Positions 32,245 to 33,773 of a stretch of DNA of 33,773 bases are shown here, piece after piece (position 1 is the stretch's first letter; each line of letters opens with the position of its first letter). The notes below the pieces were generated by a model. It saw nothing but the letters and a program-made list of their open reading frames with translations, searched no databases and was not told the origin of the DNA. Source of the stretch: a virus (lineage: Duplodnaviria > Caudoviricetes). The translations under genes and the position numbers were made by a program. Location: positions 1 through 33,773 of IMG/VR virus record IMGVR_UViG_3300043296_000058; one strand, written 5' to 3'.

Positions 32245-33069
32245 CTAATTGTACTTAGCCATCCACGCGTCAATAGACATTTCATCATCTATCTTGTCGC
32301 TTAGTGCACTGCCAGCAGTTACCGGCTCAATTGGATCAGGAGCTGCACTTGTTTTAATTTCGGGTTTAACAGACATTTGCGCTGAAATACGACCTAACTC
32401 CATCATTGCCGCCATCGGTGTCATGTTAGCTAATGAATCAGCTTTATCTAAATGTGTACCAAGATGATAAACCATCTCCGCACCATTATCTAAATCCATG
32501 ATTGCACTTGCAACACCTTCGGGTAACTCTGGAATAGCTTGAGCTTTGGCTTCAAAATCATCTTTACCTAAGGCGGTCGCTCGTTCATTAAATGTTTTTA
32601 ATGATTGTTGCATCTTTGCCTGTTGGTCGCTCTGCTCTTGCTTAGCCTTTTGAGAAGTTAATTCGGACTTTACTTGCTCTTGAACCTGATAACTGACACT
32701 AGCTTTATTAAAAGCATCTTCATCATAGTCATGCTGTTCAAGTGTTGGCTGTTCAAGTGTCGGTTTGTTAGCCTCGCCATCATCAACCTGTTTTTGCAAG
32801 TCGCTTAATTTCTTCTCTACTGCTTCACGCTTTCGTCGTTCTTCGTGCTTGTCTGCTGTTACTTTGTTAATGCGCTTTTGAAAACCATCTTCTTTTGGCT
32901 CGTCACCTTTAGGTTCGGTTGCTACGGTTGCTTCTGGTGTTATCGCATCTACTGTAGGGGCTGATTCTACGGGTTGATCTTCTGTCTTTGTTTCTTCAGT
33001 AGCCTGATCGAGGGCTTCTTGAACAAACGCATCTAGCGGATCGAGTGCAGCTGGTTTTTCATCTGACAT
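32245..33069 (-). CDS. Scaffolding protein
   Basis: Acidic, helical; FQKRINK.T....E..R, G..M.YHLG, ELGRI, S.AP.PI.PV; directly upstream of the coat gene. Confidence 0.88.
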   Translation of the reverse strand: MSDEKPAALDPLDAFVQEALDQATEETKTEDQPVESAPTVDAITPEATVATEPKGDEPKEDGFQKRINKVTADKHEERRKREAVEKKLSDLQKQVDDGEANKPTLEQPTLEQHDYDEDAFNKASVSYQVQEQVKSELTSQKAKQEQSDQQAKMQQSLKTFNERATALGKDDFEAKAQAIPELPEGVASAIMDLDNGAEMVYHLGTHLDKADSLANMTPMAAMMELGRISAQMSVKPEIKTSAAPDPIEPVTAGSALSDKIDDEMSIDAWMAKYN

Positions 33070-33129
33070 TTATTACGCATCCTATAAGGAAGAATTTTAG
33101 CCTTCATTTAAAAGCATGAAGTAGGCTCG

Positions 33130-33164
33130 TGGTCAATTATACTAAATAATGGTCAGATTAACAA
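33130..33164 (-). promoter_or_regulatory. Promoter of the scaffold-coat operon with two TGACCA boxes
   Basis: TTGTTA-17-TATAAT(33141-33136); TGACCA at 33155-33150 and 33135-33130. Confidence 0.65.
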
Positions 33165-33182
33165 ATGTAGGATTTTGGCAAT

Positions 33183-33206
33183 AAAAAACACCGTTTAAGG
33201 TGTTTT
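33183..33206 (-). terminator. Intrinsic terminator closing the accessory genes upstream of the scaffold
   Basis: AAAACACC-TTAAAC-GGTGTTTTTT. Confidence 0.75.
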
Positions 33207-33398
33207 GAATGTTGATGATAGTAGGTTTGGGTTTATAATCCTACAATCTACAGGAGGTAATCCTAAATTGACCCCATATTTTGGTAGTCGGTCGTAATGC
33301 ATATCATAATAATCTTCAAGAATAGTTATGGTATGCCCGCTTTCGTTAACAACAAACCATCCCGACCAACCCAGTTTAACTCTAATTCTAGGCTTCAT
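33195..33398 (-). CDS. Hypothetical protein
   Basis: ATG 33398 (MKPRIRVKLGWSGWFVV...), overlapping the upstream Phd-like gene. Confidence 0.6.
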   Translation of the reverse strand: MKPRIRVKLGWSGWFVVNESGHTITILEDYYDMHYDRLPKYGVNLGLPPVDCRIINPNLLSSTFKTP

Positions 33399-33591
33399 AA
33401 TAACCACCCACCCCTAATATATTTAGTGACTTACTAACCAAGCAATCACATTCTGACTTACTCATCAAAACAAACTCCTGTCTTACCTCGCCATTAGTCT
33501 CTAACTGCTGAATTATAACACCGTTAGCTTTAGCCTCTTTTAATACTTCGGCTCGCTTGTGTGTTAGGTCGCTAGATTTATATACTTTCAT
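33388..33591 (-). CDS. Phd/YefM antitoxin-like protein
   Basis: MKVYKSSDLTHKRAEVLKEAKANGVIIQ...EFVLMSKSE matches the Phd N-terminal DNA-binding pattern; GAGGTG RBS. Confidence 0.6.
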   Translation of the reverse strand: MKVYKSSDLTHKRAEVLKEAKANGVIIQQLETNGEVRQEFVLMSKSECDCLVSKSLNILGVGGYYEA

Positions 33592-33773
33592 CCGCAACAC
33601 CTCGCCATAATACCGCCAAATTGCACCTGCGCCAGCCCCATACCAGCTAACCCACCCATTAGTCCCATTTGCTGTTGCCGTTGCGCTACTGCCATTTGCA
33701 TATATCCAATATGTGAGTTTTGCAGACCTCTATCAAGTTGATTTTGATACAAAGATAAAATATGTGATTGTCT
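33588..33773 (-). CDS. C-terminal part of a Gln/Gly/Met-rich hypothetical protein (5' end outside window)
   Basis: Open frame ...RQSHILSLYQNQLDRGLQNSHIGYMQMAVAQRQQQMGLMGGLAGMGLAQVQFGGIMARCCG*, ATGA-coupled to 33591. Confidence 0.6.
   Translation of the reverse strand, partial: RQSHILSLYQNQLDRGLQNSHIGYMQMAVAQRQQQMGLMGGLAGMGLAQVQFGGIMARCCG

Larger units (their letters stand above)
1..33773. mobile_element. Near-complete P22-like (podovirus-type) phage genome, apparently circularly permuted; terL C-terminus and portal not in window
   Basis: Recognisable P22 gp3 TerS, coat, scaffold, gp4, gp10, ejection proteins, tailspike, lysis, NinG and recombination genes. No host housekeeping genes or att/integrase seen. 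Confidence 0.95.

Noticed and set aside
727-32467. Antisense or overlapping ORFs in the track (e.g. 727..966, 2288..2635, 3545..3847, 4561..4839, 7238..7552, 10441..10731, 13269..13673, 14772..15071, 22668..23237, 24280..24675, 31220..31513, 32249..32467)
   Set aside because: They are shadows of well-supported genes, lack RBSs, and have the Ser/Pro/Leu-biased composition of off-frame translations.
32734-32763. 15-bp tandem duplication in the scaffold gene
   Set aside because: In-frame PTLEQ-PTLEQ micro-duplication in a flexible region; no wider array.

Overview
The window is most of an AT-rich, P22-like podophage genome, probably of a marine gammaproteobacterial host (inference from composition and gene content). 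It starts inside the terminase large subunit (1..128, truncated) and ends in accessory genes upstream of the scaffold gene, so the rest of terL and the portal probably lie just outside a circularly permuted genome. There are five blocks. (i) Minus strand 8644->1: recombination genes (ssDNA-annealing protein, DnaQ-like exonuclease, SSB), two tandem-HTH proteins, lysis (amidase, 3TM holin, no recognisable spanin), a four-gene DUF2341/LamG appendage module, terS and terL. (ii) Plus strand 8796->9940: RHH protein, YopX and small ORFs. (iii) Minus strand 14530->9965: AlpA/Xis-like protein, small ORFs, a 600-bp highly structured non-coding region, a T5orf172/GIY-YIG nuclease, PhoH, and a structured leader in front of a Gly-rich peptide. 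(iv) Plus strand 14645->19650: RHH-replisome organiser fusion, DUF6475-like, DUF1367, a TGT-fold DpdA-like protein, NinG and a broken lipoprotein gene. (v) Minus strand 33773->19639: Phd-like protein, scaffold, coat, gp4, gp10, gp14-like, ejection proteins and a beta-helix tailspike. No integrase, CI repressor, Q antiterminator, polymerase, tRNA or CRISPR array was seen. The strongest unexplained signals are the structured 600-nt RNA with a C4/CI-like switch, 13 TGGCCA/CTGCAG palindromes packed into the nuclease gene it precedes, the orphan DpdA-like enzyme with a beta-clamp motif, and a pseudoknotted leader RNA at 10132-10231. All family calls are from motif recognition by eye, with no database search.
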